From contig DAIDGT010000003.1 of the NCBI GenBank assembly GCA_027459825.1, positions 1,277 through 65,276 on the forward strand: a DNA stretch of 64,000 nt. The letters run 5' to 3'. A program made the translations under genes and the position numbers. How positions within the stretch are numbered: the stretch's first letter is position 1; each line of letters starts with the position of its first letter. Under the pieces are notes generated by a model. The model saw only the letters and a program-made list of their open reading frames with translations. It did not search any database and was not told the origin of the DNA. Shown here one piece after another: positions 11,828 through 21,514 of this stretch. The DNA comes from a bacterium. Its GTDB lineage: Bacteria; Patescibacteriota; Dojkabacteria; JAKAPS01; JAJZLI01.

Positions 11828-13428
11828 TATTTTACTTTTCCTGTTTGTTCTTGAATCCTGGAATCTTCAATTTTGGGAAAAAGAATTTGAGGTTCTTCTA
11901 TGTGACCTGTATAAGGAATATACTTATATTCGATAACTTTTACATTTAATGTTTTTTCAAGTTTTTCTATTGCTTTTGGAATAATAGGTTTTAGTAGAAT
12001 GCACAACGCGTATACATACTGCATTAGTGTATACATACTGTCTTTATCTTTACTTTCCCAAATTTTAAATGTATTAAACCGTTGATTTGCTTTGTCTGAT
12101 AGTTTTAATATTTCCTTTATTGTATTTTGGTATTCAAAATGATCTAAATACTTCTCTACATTTTTAAATGTTTGATTGATGTACTCCTTATCCTCTTTGT
12201 CTATTTTTCCTTCTCTAATCTCTCCATTAAAATTGTTTTGTAAGAAAGTTAGTGTTCTGTGTATATAGTTTCCTATGTTGGATGATAATCCACTGTTGTA
12301 TGTTTGCTCAAATTCTTTCCATGTAAAATTAAAGTCCTTATTTTCAGGCATACTATATGTAATATAAAATCTTGAGGCATCTGATCCAAAATTATCTATT
12401 AGGTACTCTGCCTCAAGTAAGTGATTATCACTTTTAGACATTTTCCTTCCCTCTAAAAGTACATATTCATTCCCTATGATGTTTGTAGGAAGGTTAAGTT
12501 CCTTATTGTAGGCAATCAGGATTGCCGGAAGGATTATTGTGTGGAATATAATATTATCTTTTCCCAAAAACATGCAAATATTGGAATTATTGCTCCAGTA
12601 TTTAGTCCAGTCTTTAGTTAACTTTTCTGAAGCAGAAATATATCCTATCAATGCTTCAAACCATACATATATAACTTTATGCTCATATCCTTTTACTGGG
12701 ACAGGAATTCCATATTCTATATCTCTGGTAATTGATCGTCTTTTTAGACCTTCTTTAATAAATCCCATTGAAAGGTCATATACATCTTTTCTAAAAGAAT
12801 TTTTTCTTGTTTCAAGGTAGTCTTTTATTTCTTTTTCTAATTTAGGTAATTCTAAAAAGAAATTTTCAGTTTCTTTGAGTATAGGGGTACTTTTACATAT
12901 TTTACACTTAGGATCTATTACATCTTCAAAAGAATTAAGTTTATTACATTCTTCGCAGCTTTCACCTACCTTTACATTTTCTTTTCCACATCTAGAACAT
13001 TTTCCTGTAACATATCTGTCGGGTATAAATCGTTTTTCATTTTCACAATATGGTTGGGATTCCTTACCGAGTGAAATATATTCCTTTGATAGCAAAGTTA
13101 GAAATATATCTTGCGTCATCTTTTTGTGATTTTCTTCTTCTGTTGTTGAATATAAATCAAAATTTATTTCAAATTTTGAAAGTACTTTTCTCCATATACT
13201 GTCAAAATAATATGCAATCTCAATTGGTTTTTTCCCCATAATTTCTGCAGTTGTTATGGTTGGTACGCCATGCATGTCTGACCCAGATACATATATAGAA
13301 TCTCTACCTTTTAAGTTACAGTATCTTTTATATATATCTGCTGGAAGATACGCACCGGCAATATGTCCAATGTGAGGTGTTCCATTCACATATGGCCATG
13401 CTGACGTAATTAGATATTTTTTTTTCAT
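11827..13428 (-). CDS. metG: methionyl-tRNA synthetase
   Basis: HIGH motif PYVNGTPHIGH, KMSKS motif GRKMSKSDNH, and a zinc knuckle CSRCG...CEEC. Confidence 0.95.
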   Translation of the reverse strand: MKKKYLITSAWPYVNGTPHIGHIAGAYLPADIYKRYCNLKGRDSIYVSGSDMHGVPTITTAEIMGKKPIEIAYYFDSIWRKVLSKFEINFDLYSTTEEENHKKMTQDIFLTLLSKEYISLGKESQPYCENEKRFIPDRYVTGKCSRCGKENVKVGESCEECNKLNSFEDVIDPKCKICKSTPILKETENFFLELPKLEKEIKDYLETRKNSFRKDVYDLSMGFIKEGLKRRSITRDIEYGIPVPVKGYEHKVIYVWFEALIGYISASEKLTKDWTKYWSNNSNICMFLGKDNIIFHTIILPAILIAYNKELNLPTNIIGNEYVLLEGRKMSKSDNHLLEAEYLIDNFGSDASRFYITYSMPENKDFNFTWKEFEQTYNSGLSSNIGNYIHRTLTFLQNNFNGEIREGKIDKEDKEYINQTFKNVEKYLDHFEYQNTIKEILKLSDKANQRFNTFKIWESKDKDSMYTLMQYVYALCILLKPIIPKAIEKLEKTLNVKVIEYKYIPYTGHIEEPQILFPKIEDSRIQEQTGKVK

Positions 13429-13447
13429 TAAAAAGGATTATATCAGA

Positions 13448-14029
13448 TTATCTTCTGTATGTTGTAAGTGATCTTCTAGAATATTGACTGTATGGGTGGT
13501 TACAACTAACAGCCACTCTTGTTTGGCCGTCTTGGTCTGCATATACGTATACTTCTGTTCCATCTTTTCTTCTTCCAAAAAAACCATCAGTCATAAATTG
13601 TGGAATGCATACTTCTGGGGTATAGGTTATTACTGTTAATAGTTCTTTAACCTCATCTGGATGTAGTCTTGATATGCTTTGTATTCTCGTTCCTCTTCTT
13701 CCTTTCATCCAATACCCTCTAATTTGGTATGCCTTATCTATTGCATCCTGAGGGGTTCCTGCAACTGTAAAATAGTATGATTCTCTTAAAGATCCTTGAG
13801 TTCTTGGCTTATCAGTAAATCCATATGGTAATCTTAGGGCAAATACCTGTAGTTTTTGGGAGATCTCTTCTATTGCTCTTTCTGTATACTTCTCTCTCGA
13901 GTAATTATCTTCTAGTATATTAGGATTACCCGGGAGAGTTCCCTCTCCATTTCCAAAATTTGGAGTATATATAATATATTCTGCTTCCATATAACCGTGG
14001 ATTATATATTGCAATTGTAAATATTGCAA
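13448..14029 (-). CDS. hypothetical soluble protein, compositionally atypical (R/G/Q/Y-rich, K-poor)
   Basis: 193-aa ORF. Hand counts on four lines give 33-45% GC (three at 43-45%), against about 25-33% in flanking genes. No family recognised. The start may instead be the internal Met in MEAEYIIY. Confidence 0.4.
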   Translation of the reverse strand: MQYLQLQYIIHGYMEAEYIIYTPNFGNGEGTLPGNPNILEDNYSREKYTERAIEEISQKLQVFALRLPYGFTDKPRTQGSLRESYYFTVAGTPQDAIDKAYQIRGYWMKGRRGTRIQSISRLHPDEVKELLTVITYTPEVCIPQFMTDGFFGRRKDGTEVYVYADQDGQTRVAVSCNHPYSQYSRRSLTTYRR

Positions 14030-14036
14030 TGCTTTC

Positions 14037-14381
14037 TTATATAATTGTTATTATTATAAATAAAATTATTGTTGCTGCGGGTATTGCTATTTCCATTAAT
14101 ATATTCAATCCCCCAAGAGCTTTGAGCATAATTATTACCGATAATGTAACTGCTGGCAGAAAAGCAAAACGTATAGTATTTATAAAAGTATTTTTTATGT
14201 AATTTATAATGATTTTTCCTATAAGGAATAGTATTATAAAAATCTGAGATACTATAATATATACATTTCTTGAAATTACTATACCTTGTTGATTTTTTGT
14301 AGGTAGTATAAATTGTGTTGTGACAATAAATATTAGTATAAATATGAATATTGTTATAAATAGGGGCTTATTGGCTTTCAT
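14037..14381 (-). CDS. small polytopic membrane protein
   Basis: 114 aa with 3-4 hydrophobic helices. A 4-nt overlap with the upstream RimK-like gene supports translation. Confidence 0.45.
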   Translation of the reverse strand: MKANKPLFITIFIFILIFIVTTQFILPTKNQQGIVISRNVYIIVSQIFIILFLIGKIIINYIKNTFINTIRFAFLPAVTLSVIIMLKALGGLNILMEIAIPAATIILFIIITII

Positions 14382-15205
14382 ATTCCTAAGCAGTAATTTA
14401 CAATTTCTTTTGCAATATTAACACCAGTTGCTTTTGATATTCCTCCTAGTCCTGGAGATCTATTTACTTCTAGTATGTAATACTTGTCTTTTGATACTAA
14501 AATATCAACTCCTGCAATAATTGACTTTGTAGCTTTGCCTGCTTTCAAAGATAGTGTTTTTATATCTTCATTTATGTCAAATTTTGCTACGGTTGCTCCC
14601 ATATGATAATTTGCTCTAAATTCTCCATTTTTGGGAATTCTTTCCATGGCAAATAGCTTATTATCTCCTATTTTAAATATTCTCAAGTCATGATCGTACT
14701 TAATATACTCTTGTATAATATATTTTTTTGACTCTTCTTTAGAGAAAAATTTATGCATTTCATTTTGATTTTTTATTAAAAATACTCCCTTTCCTTGTGT
14801 AGAATTTATTCTTTTTATAATGATAGGATACTCTATTTTTGAATCATATGGATTTTGGTATGTTTTAGGAAAGGGTAGTTTTGCTGCCTTAATTTTATAT
14901 GAGTCATATATCTTGTTTATGGCATATCTTACTTCAAGTAGATTATTATCAAAATATCTTACATTATTATCTTTTAGGTATTGAGATATTGTAACTGCCT
15001 TTTTTACATCTGCTGCAATTGATGCAAATAATATATAGTCAAATGACGCTATGTCTTTATTTTTGAAAATAAAAATTCCATCGTGTAGATATGTCTCCTG
15101 AAGGTATATTATTGATGGATTGTGTTTTAGATCCCTAAACTCTCTTAAAAACATTTGGTTCGTTCCTTCATTTTCTGTGAAATTTGATAGTATCCCTATT
15201 TTCAT
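14378..15205 (-). CDS. RimK-family ATP-grasp ligase (alpha-L-glutamate ligase-like)
   Basis: DLRIFKIGDNKLFAMERIPKNGEFRANYHMGATV...GVDILVSKDKYYILEVNRSPGLGGISKATGVNIAKEIV matches the RimK C-terminal ATP-grasp pattern. Confidence 0.8.
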   Translation of the reverse strand: MKIGILSNFTENEGTNQMFLREFRDLKHNPSIIYLQETYLHDGIFIFKNKDIASFDYILFASIAADVKKAVTISQYLKDNNVRYFDNNLLEVRYAINKIYDSYKIKAAKLPFPKTYQNPYDSKIEYPIIIKRINSTQGKGVFLIKNQNEMHKFFSKEESKKYIIQEYIKYDHDLRIFKIGDNKLFAMERIPKNGEFRANYHMGATVAKFDINEDIKTLSLKAGKATKSIIAGVDILVSKDKYYILEVNRSPGLGGISKATGVNIAKEIVNYCLGI

Positions 15206-16575
15206 TTTGTTATGTCTACTAAAAAATATTTTAAATCTCTCCTTCCTATTATTATTGGATATTTTAGATTTGATCTTTCTGATATTGTTGCATTAGATAC
15301 TATATCTACACCTTCCAATTTAAATTCAATATTAACAATTGGTCTGATTGATGTCCCGTTCGATGAAGATACTACAACTGTATCTATTCTTGATTTATCT
15401 TGAATTGATTTGTGTATTTCGTGAATATTAGTAATGTTTAAATTATCCGGAATATTTAAATTTTTAAAATGATCTATAACCTCCTGATATCCTAGTTCTA
15501 CAGCTAAATCTTGAGATATTGATGTTCTATATGCCCCTGTATCAATTTTACACTCATACTCTTTATCATCCACAGACACAATAGATGTTCTTCCTATTAT
15601 TTTTTTCCCGGATATCTCTTGTATTTCTTCTTCTACTTCTCCTCCAAAAATTTCTTTTGCAACTCTAATTGCAGATTCTGTATTTTTTATATGTAATTTT
15701 GATACAGCTTCTAATCTTTCTTTAATACCAGAATTGTTTGCACTTTGTATTGCAAGTCCAGGTCTTGAATTTAGTTCTATTACAACAGGCCCCCTTTCTC
15801 TGTCAATGGCAATGTCAACACCAAGAAAGTTTATTTTTGATGCAGTCTCAGATGATATTGCCATGTCAAGAATTTTATTCCATTCTGGTATTTTAAATCC
15901 AGAGAGTAATGTTTTTGAATCTGGGTGATATTCTATATATACATTTTGCATTATGGCTTTTGTTGTTATCCCACTGGCAATATCTATACCCACTCCTATT
16001 CCTCCCATATGCAAGTTAGCTTTACCTTTTGACTCAATAGTAGGGAGTCTTAATTCTGCCATGATAGGTATTTTTTTGTAGACTATTATCCTTATATCAG
16101 GCATGCCCTGTTTAGAAAATACTTTAAATACAGGATGTATCTTAATCCTTTCTTCAAATATTGCAATATCTGGTGTATTTTCTATGGAAAAGTTACCATC
16201 TAATATGTCTATTATGTGAGTTTTTAATCTTGATAATGTTAAGTATTCTTTGTTAGGCATTACCCAAATATCTTCATCTTCTAGTTTCTTTTTCTTTTTT
16301 TTGCCATATATAATTAATATCCCGTTTCCTCCTGTTCCTTTATTAGGTTTTAGTACAAAGCTATCAGGTATTTTTGTAAAATCGAAACTTTCTGCTTCTA
16401 TTTTATTTTTTATTACAAATATAGTATTTGGTGTTGGAAGCATGTTTTCCTTTAGGATTTTTTTGCTTTTTAATTTTGAATTTGTTACTCTTGGACCCTT
16501 TCTATCTATGTACAAGAGATTTCTTGCATTCATACCAAGTATTGTATCTGATGCATTGATGTATTTATCTAACAT
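15202..16575 (-). CDS. fusion protein: alpha-L-glutamate-ligase-related ATP-grasp domain + C-terminal retropepsin-like (DUF785 / 'Zn_protease') domain
   Basis: N-terminus ILGMNARNLLYIDRKGPRVTNSKLKSKKIL and core LKPNKGTGGNGI...ANLHMGGIGVGID...GVDIAIDRERGPVVIELNSRPGL indicate an ATP-grasp domain. The C-terminus ECKIDTGAYRTSIS (D-T-G at 15535..15543) ...SSSNGTSIRPIV...YPIIIGRRDLKYFLVD is retropepsin-like. Confidence 0.75.
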   Translation of the reverse strand: MLDKYINASDTILGMNARNLLYIDRKGPRVTNSKLKSKKILKENMLPTPNTIFVIKNKIEAESFDFTKIPDSFVLKPNKGTGGNGILIIYGKKKKKKLEDEDIWVMPNKEYLTLSRLKTHIIDILDGNFSIENTPDIAIFEERIKIHPVFKVFSKQGMPDIRIIVYKKIPIMAELRLPTIESKGKANLHMGGIGVGIDIASGITTKAIMQNVYIEYHPDSKTLLSGFKIPEWNKILDMAISSETASKINFLGVDIAIDRERGPVVIELNSRPGLAIQSANNSGIKERLEAVSKLHIKNTESAIRVAKEIFGGEVEEEIQEISGKKIIGRTSIVSVDDKEYECKIDTGAYRTSISQDLAVELGYQEVIDHFKNLNIPDNLNITNIHEIHKSIQDKSRIDTVVVSSSNGTSIRPIVNIEFKLEGVDIVSNATISERSNLKYPIIIGRRDLKYFLVDITK

Positions 16576-16577
16576 TG

Positions 16578-17225
16578 TTATGATGCCTTCTCTTTTATGA
16601 TGTTTCGAAATCTGTAGTATTCAATAATGCGTAGTGTTGTTATTCTACCCATGAGAATATCAAGTATGATTATTACTAAAGATATGATTGGATAAGAAAG
16701 TATAAGTTCCTTTATAAATGGAATTGATATAATTCCATATGATATTAGGGATATTAAAATCGTTTGAATGTATACTGAGTTTCCATACTCACCACCTTTT
16801 TTGATTTTTGTTGATGATAGTATTTCTGCAATTATTACAAATAATACAATTGCATATATTGATATCTTTTGTGGCATTGGTACCCCGAGTCTTGTGAAAA
16901 AATATATTGAGATTAGTGTTCCTAATGATACTAGAGAAAGAGATATTGCAACTTTTGCATTATGATGCAAGTTTAAAACTTGTATAAGAAATTGAGCAAT
17001 TATATCTGCAAGAAGTATATATACAGCAATAAGTATTCCGTAAAGTAGTCCTGTTGATATAAAGGCAACGGAAGTAAGAGCTGTTGTATAAATATTAAAT
17101 GATTTTAACCCTATAATTTGTTTTGCCATAACAGCTATTGCTGCTATTATTGGAATCGCTAGTAGAATATATACTCCTTCTGTGCCTAATCCTGTATTTG
17201 ATAAAAGTGTGACAATATTAGTCAT
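16578..17225 (-). CDS. 7-TM membrane protein of the type usually fused to an inactive transglutaminase (7TM_transglut-like), here stand-alone
   Basis: About seven hydrophobic helices. The C-terminal tail GRITTLRIIEYYRFRNI resembles the family's G-R-y-t-G-l-R-l-l-E-l-l-R-F-R ending, as I recall it. It is adjacent to the ATP-grasp/retropepsin gene, as in the known three-gene system. Confidence 0.55.
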   Translation of the reverse strand: MTNIVTLLSNTGLGTEGVYILLAIPIIAAIAVMAKQIIGLKSFNIYTTALTSVAFISTGLLYGILIAVYILLADIIAQFLIQVLNLHHNAKVAISLSLVSLGTLISIYFFTRLGVPMPQKISIYAIVLFVIIAEILSSTKIKKGGEYGNSVYIQTILISLISYGIISIPFIKELILSYPIISLVIIILDILMGRITTLRIIEYYRFRNIIKEKAS

Positions 17226-17226
17226 T

Positions 17227-18336
17227 TTATAAGTAATCTCTAAGTAATTTTTCTACATCTTTGTTTTTTAACTTTCTTAAGGCTTTAGATTCTATTTGTC
17301 TTATCCTTTCTCTTGTAACTTTAAATTCTCTGCCTACTTCCTCAAGTGTTCTTGCAACTCCATCTTGGAGACCAAACCTTAATTCAATGACTTTTCTTTC
17401 TCTATCAGATAAACTTGACAATACATCCTGTATTTGACTCTTTAAAAATTCCATGTTTGCAACTTCTGTTGGCTTTGGTGTTTCTTCATCAGAGATGAAA
17501 TCTGCAATAGTATTTGAGTTATCATCACCCACAGGAGTCGATAGTGATGTAGGATATTGAGATATTTTAATAATTTCTTGGACTTGATCTATGCTTTTAT
17601 TCATTGCTTTTGCAATTTCTTCAGGTGTTGGTGTTCTTTGGAGTTTAATTGCAAGCTCACTTCTTTTCCTTTGGAGTTGGGAAATTGTCTCAATCATGTG
17701 TACAGGTATTCTTATTGTTCTTGCCTGGTCTGCAATTGCTCTTGTAATTGCTTGTCTAATCCACCATGTTGCATAAGTAGAGAATTTATAACCTCTTTTG
17801 TAGTCAAATTTATCAACTGCTCTCATAAGTCCCAAATTTCCTTCCTGTATTAAATCCAAAAGATCAAGACTTCCTTTCTTTGACCATTTTTTTGCTATGG
17901 ATACGACCAGCCTTAGATTTGCAGTTGTTAGATATGCTTTTGCCTCCTCATCATGTTTTTTAATTCTTTTTGCAAGGATTATTTCTTCATTTCCTGTAAG
18001 AAGAGGTATTCTTCCAATTTCTTGCAGATATGCTCTTATTGGGTCAGCATCAATATTTGCCTGTATACTTTTCAGTATTTTAATTTTTTGATCTAAAGTT
18101 AACTCTTCTTTCTTTTCCTTTTTCTTGTCATCTACAACGTCTTCTTCCTGAGATATAATTTCTATGTTTTCCTTATCAAGTAATATATATAATTGATCAA
18201 TAAGTTCAACATTGTCTTCTATAAATGGAATATTCTCTAAAACAGTTTCCTCCTCAAGGAAACCTTTGATTCTTGCTATTTTAAGTAACCGGTTTAGAAT
18301 TTCTTCCTTATGGTTGGAAAAACTGAAATTTTTCAT
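17227..18336 (-). CDS. rpoD: RNA polymerase primary sigma factor (sigma-70 family)
   Basis: Region 2 [53 protein letters not shown] and region 4 [26 protein letters not shown]. Confidence 0.92.
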   Translation of the reverse strand: MKNFSFSNHKEEILNRLLKIARIKGFLEEETVLENIPFIEDNVELIDQLYILLDKENIEIISQEEDVVDDKKKEKKEELTLDQKIKILKSIQANIDADPIRAYLQEIGRIPLLTGNEEIILAKRIKKHDEEAKAYLTTANLRLVVSIAKKWSKKGSLDLLDLIQEGNLGLMRAVDKFDYKRGYKFSTYATWWIRQAITRAIADQARTIRIPVHMIETISQLQRKRSELAIKLQRTPTPEEIAKAMNKSIDQVQEIIKISQYPTSLSTPVGDDNSNTIADFISDEETPKPTEVANMEFLKSQIQDVLSSLSDRERKVIELRFGLQDGVARTLEEVGREFKVTRERIRQIESKALRKLKNKDVEKLLRDYL

Positions 18337-18405
18337 ATATTTAGTGTATAAATTATATCATACATTTGCAAAATAGACCTATTTTTAAGATAATATAGGG
18401 ACTGT

Positions 18406-19287
18406 ATGAATATATTACAAGAAGCTCTGAACAGTGTTAGTGAATCAATCTCTATTACAATAAGAAGCTCTACATTAGTGTTTTTAGGGTTTGTTTCTGT
18501 ATTCTTTACTGCTATATTTGAAATTTATCAATTCTTTCCATTTATAAATGTAAATTTAAATGCATTTACTCCAAGTTCTCTTTCTAACATAGCTCATAAT
18601 ACCCTTATCTCTTTGTTATCTTCCCCTTTATGGTTTCCTGTTTTAATACTTGTTCTACTTTTAGCATACCTATTCTTTTCTATATATTTGTCCTCTGTGT
18701 CATATACTGCCCTTATGAGGACATTACTGATAAGAGAGAATTGGGGTAGAATTCCTTCACTTCATGACGCTTGGAATATGGGGAGAGAAAAGTGGGTTAG
18801 ATATGTTGCGTTCCAAACAGTTGCTGTTATATTCATAATTATTTTTTCATCTTTATGCTACATGTTTTTTATAGCCACTTCTTCTTTAGGTATCATTGCC
18901 ATTATTTTTGACTCTATTGTTGTTATATTCATATCTTTTTTCTTGGTATCGTGGAATTATTTTGCTATTAGAAAATTTATAAATGAAAATGTAGATTTAT
19001 TTAGTGCTATAAAAACAACATTTTTGAGGGTTTATCATGAATTTCCTAAATTTATATTGATATCTCTTGTTTATATAATCTACTTGGTGATTTTTGTATC
19101 TATAGCCTCCTATGTAGAGTCAATGATGAGATCAGTTGTATTCAGTTTTTATTCCGGAGCATTTATTGTTTCTATTCCTTTAATACTATTTGCTATATTC
19201 ATGTTCTTTTTTATTGTATCTTTCATTACAGTGTTTACTTCTGCTTTTTGGACACATATATATATACGTGAGGAATCTATTCTTTAG
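18406..19287 (+). CDS. polytopic membrane protein, unknown function
   Basis: 293 aa with six or more hydrophobic helices; no family recognised. Confidence 0.4.
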   Translation: MNILQEALNSVSESISITIRSSTLVFLGFVSVFFTAIFEIYQFFPFINVNLNAFTPSSLSNIAHNTLISLLSSPLWFPVLILVLLLAYLFFSIYLSSVSYTALMRTLLIRENWGRIPSLHDAWNMGREKWVRYVAFQTVAVIFIIIFSSLCYMFFIATSSLGIIAIIFDSIVVIFISFFLVSWNYFAIRKFINENVDLFSAIKTTFLRVYHEFPKFILISLVYIIYLVIFVSIASYVESMMRSVVFSFYSGAFIVSIPLILFAIFMFFFIVSFITVFTSAFWTHIYIREESIL

Positions 19288-20128
19288 AAGATCTTTCGTA
19301 TTCAAACATATAAAGTTGTGCCCATCCTGCGTAATTTTCAAACTTTTCATTTAATTTATTTAATATTTCTTTTCTTTTTATCTCTGGATACTCTCTTTTT
19401 ATGTATTTTGTAATCCATGTATCTATAGGAAAGGCTTCATTGAAATTCATCGAATATAACATGGTACACGCTGCCACCTTTTCTCCAACACCCGGTAATT
19501 GTTTCAGTTTATCCATTGCTTCGTTATACTTCATATCTTTTATTTTTTTTAAATCCCAATTGTGTTTTTTTATAATTTGTGCGCTTTTTTTAATATATTC
19601 TGATCTAAACCCTAACTTCGCATCTTTGAGATTTTTGTTTGTTGCTGAGAGAATATTTGATAGGGTTGGGAATGTGTATACTCCATTTATAATTTCATTT
19701 CCTAGACTCTGAGATAGTAGCTTTGTCGACATTTTTATTTTTTTTATAGAATTAAAGCTAGATATTATATATGAAAATAAACATTCGTGTTCATCTTGGT
19801 TTAAAATTCTCATTCCATAAAATTTTGATATAGCTTCCTCCATTAGTTTATCTTTCGATATCTTTTTAATAATATCTTTATAGTCTATATCAATGTTAAA
19901 ATATTTAATAATTATTTTCTCATTTATCTTTGGTTTGCTTTCTATTATTAATATATTCCTATCTTGTCTTATTTTTATATAATGGGTGTTTATAACTCCT
20001 TCAAATTCATTCTGATCTATTCTCTCCCATCTGAATGATTGCCCTGAGAGTAGGGTATCTTTCAAACTGAAGTCTTGTATGGGTATCTTTAACATTATAA
20101 ATATATCTATTGAAATTATAATTTCCAA
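19277..20128 (-). CDS. ogg: 8-oxoguanine DNA glycosylase (OGG1-type, HhH-GPD superfamily)
   Basis: HhH-GPD motif LKQLPGVGEKVAACTMLYSMNFNEAFPIDTWI; terminal YAGWAQLYMFEYER; N-terminal SGQSFRWE as in the OGG N-domain. Confidence 0.7.
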   Translation of the reverse strand: MEIIISIDIFIMLKIPIQDFSLKDTLLSGQSFRWERIDQNEFEGVINTHYIKIRQDRNILIIESKPKINEKIIIKYFNIDIDYKDIIKKISKDKLMEEAISKFYGMRILNQDEHECLFSYIISSFNSIKKIKMSTKLLSQSLGNEIINGVYTFPTLSNILSATNKNLKDAKLGFRSEYIKKSAQIIKKHNWDLKKIKDMKYNEAMDKLKQLPGVGEKVAACTMLYSMNFNEAFPIDTWITKYIKREYPEIKRKEILNKLNEKFENYAGWAQLYMFEYERSSKE

Positions 20129-20155
20129 TAAAGTATACTAAAAGGTAACTCTTTT

Positions 20156-20938
20156 ATGAAGAAGGCTGATTTACACATACACTCTAATATTTCTGATGGT
20201 TTATCATCTCCTGAGCAAATTGTAGACTATGTAGTTAAAAATAAGCTTGCTGATAAAATATACATAACTGATCACAATGAAATTGATGGAGCATTTACTG
20301 CTTTAGGTTATAATTCTTCTCGAGGATATAATCTTGAAGTCGGTATTGGATCAGAAATTAGTACTAAATCTTGCCATATATTGGGTCTTGATTTAAAAAA
20401 GAAAGTGAAAAAATATATGTCTGCTAAAGATACAATGTATGAAATTCTTTCTCAGGGTGGATTTCCTGTTATTGCTCATCCTTTTAACCCTTTTAATATT
20501 AAAGGAAATCATGCTGGAGGAATGGCTGTGATAGAAGAGGCTTTATCCTCTGGTTATCCTTTTGCATTGGAAGTAAATGGATCCTTGAATTATTTTACTG
20601 CCTTGTATCACAAGGGTAGAATTTTTTCCAAGGTGACATGTCTTGCTACCTATAACAAAATAGTTGTGGATGTTGTTGAGAAACTTAACCTTTCTATTGT
20701 TGGATCTTCTGATGCACACACTAAATCTGCTATATGTTCAGCTTATACTTCGTATGATCATGATCTTATTTCTGATATCAGGAAAAAGAAAACAAATTAC
20801 GGGTTACACTCAAAAAGTATTTCTACTGCCATTCCGTATCTTATGTACCATCTTCTTTTTGATATATTTCCAATGAAATATAAAAGGTTTCTAATTAGTA
20901 AATTTACAAATTTATCCAAGAATTATTTTCAAAAATAG
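20156..20938 (+). CDS. PHP-domain metal-dependent phosphoesterase
   Basis: ADLHIHSNISDG start, ITDHNEIDG, VIAHPF and GSSDAHT, which is the PHP histidine/aspartate pattern. Confidence 0.7.
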   Translation: MKKADLHIHSNISDGLSSPEQIVDYVVKNKLADKIYITDHNEIDGAFTALGYNSSRGYNLEVGIGSEISTKSCHILGLDLKKKVKKYMSAKDTMYEILSQGGFPVIAHPFNPFNIKGNHAGGMAVIEEALSSGYPFALEVNGSLNYFTALYHKGRIFSKVTCLATYNKIVVDVVEKLNLSIVGSSDAHTKSAICSAYTSYDHDLISDIRKKKTNYGLHSKSISTAIPYLMYHLLFDIFPMKYKRFLISKFTNLSKNYFQK

Positions 20939-20956
20939 TTTATAATCATAAAAATT

Positions 20957-21442
20957 ATGTTTAAAAACCCCAGTGTTAAGTATCTTTTGAGTAAGATTGG
21001 TAAATATTTTTCAGTTGGAATTTTAGGGCTTATTATTGATAATGGTGTTTTGTTGTTACTAATAAATATTTTTAATATATCACCTCGAGTATCAACATTA
21101 ATTGCCGCTGAATGTGGTAATTTAAATAATTTCTTTATAAATGATAAATGGACATTTAAAGAGCCTAAAGACAATTCAAATTTTTGGTCCAGAATATTAA
21201 AATACCATGCAGCTATTTCTCTCGGTTATATAATATCAAGAATATTGGTATTTCCTGTTATATACTCTTTGATTTCTTATCATTTTGGACATAATCTTTC
21301 TGCACTTATATCTAATAATATCTCTATAGCAACAAGTTTTGTGTTTAATTTCTTAATTAATGCTCTTTGGACATGGAGAAAAAACAAGGGAGGAGTTGTT
21401 AAAGAGGTTGAAGAAATTATAGAGGAAACAGAATTAAGATAA
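20957..21442 (+). CDS. GtrA-family membrane protein
   Basis: Four TM helices. YFSVGILGLIIDNGVLLLLINIF and NNFFINDKWTF (GtrA signature-like), with a basic/acidic tail. Confidence 0.7.
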   Translation: MFKNPSVKYLLSKIGKYFSVGILGLIIDNGVLLLLINIFNISPRVSTLIAAECGNLNNFFINDKWTFKEPKDNSNFWSRILKYHAAISLGYIISRILVFPVIYSLISYHFGHNLSALISNNISIATSFVFNFLINALWTWRKNKGGVVKEVEEIIEETELR

Positions 21443-21467
21443 TCTTTTCAAAATGTATAATATACGT

Positions 21468-21497
21468 AAAAAGGGTACATTTTCATGTACCCTTTTT
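21468..21497. terminator. bidirectional rho-independent terminator between convergent genes
   Basis: Perfect hairpin AAAAAGGGTACAT-tttc-ATGTACCCTTTTT, flanked by an A-run on one side and a T-run on the other. It lies between the gtrA-like stop (21442) and the zinc-ribbon gene stop (21515). Confidence 0.65.
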
Positions 21498-21514
21498 ATT
21501 TTTAAAGAAAGTTT

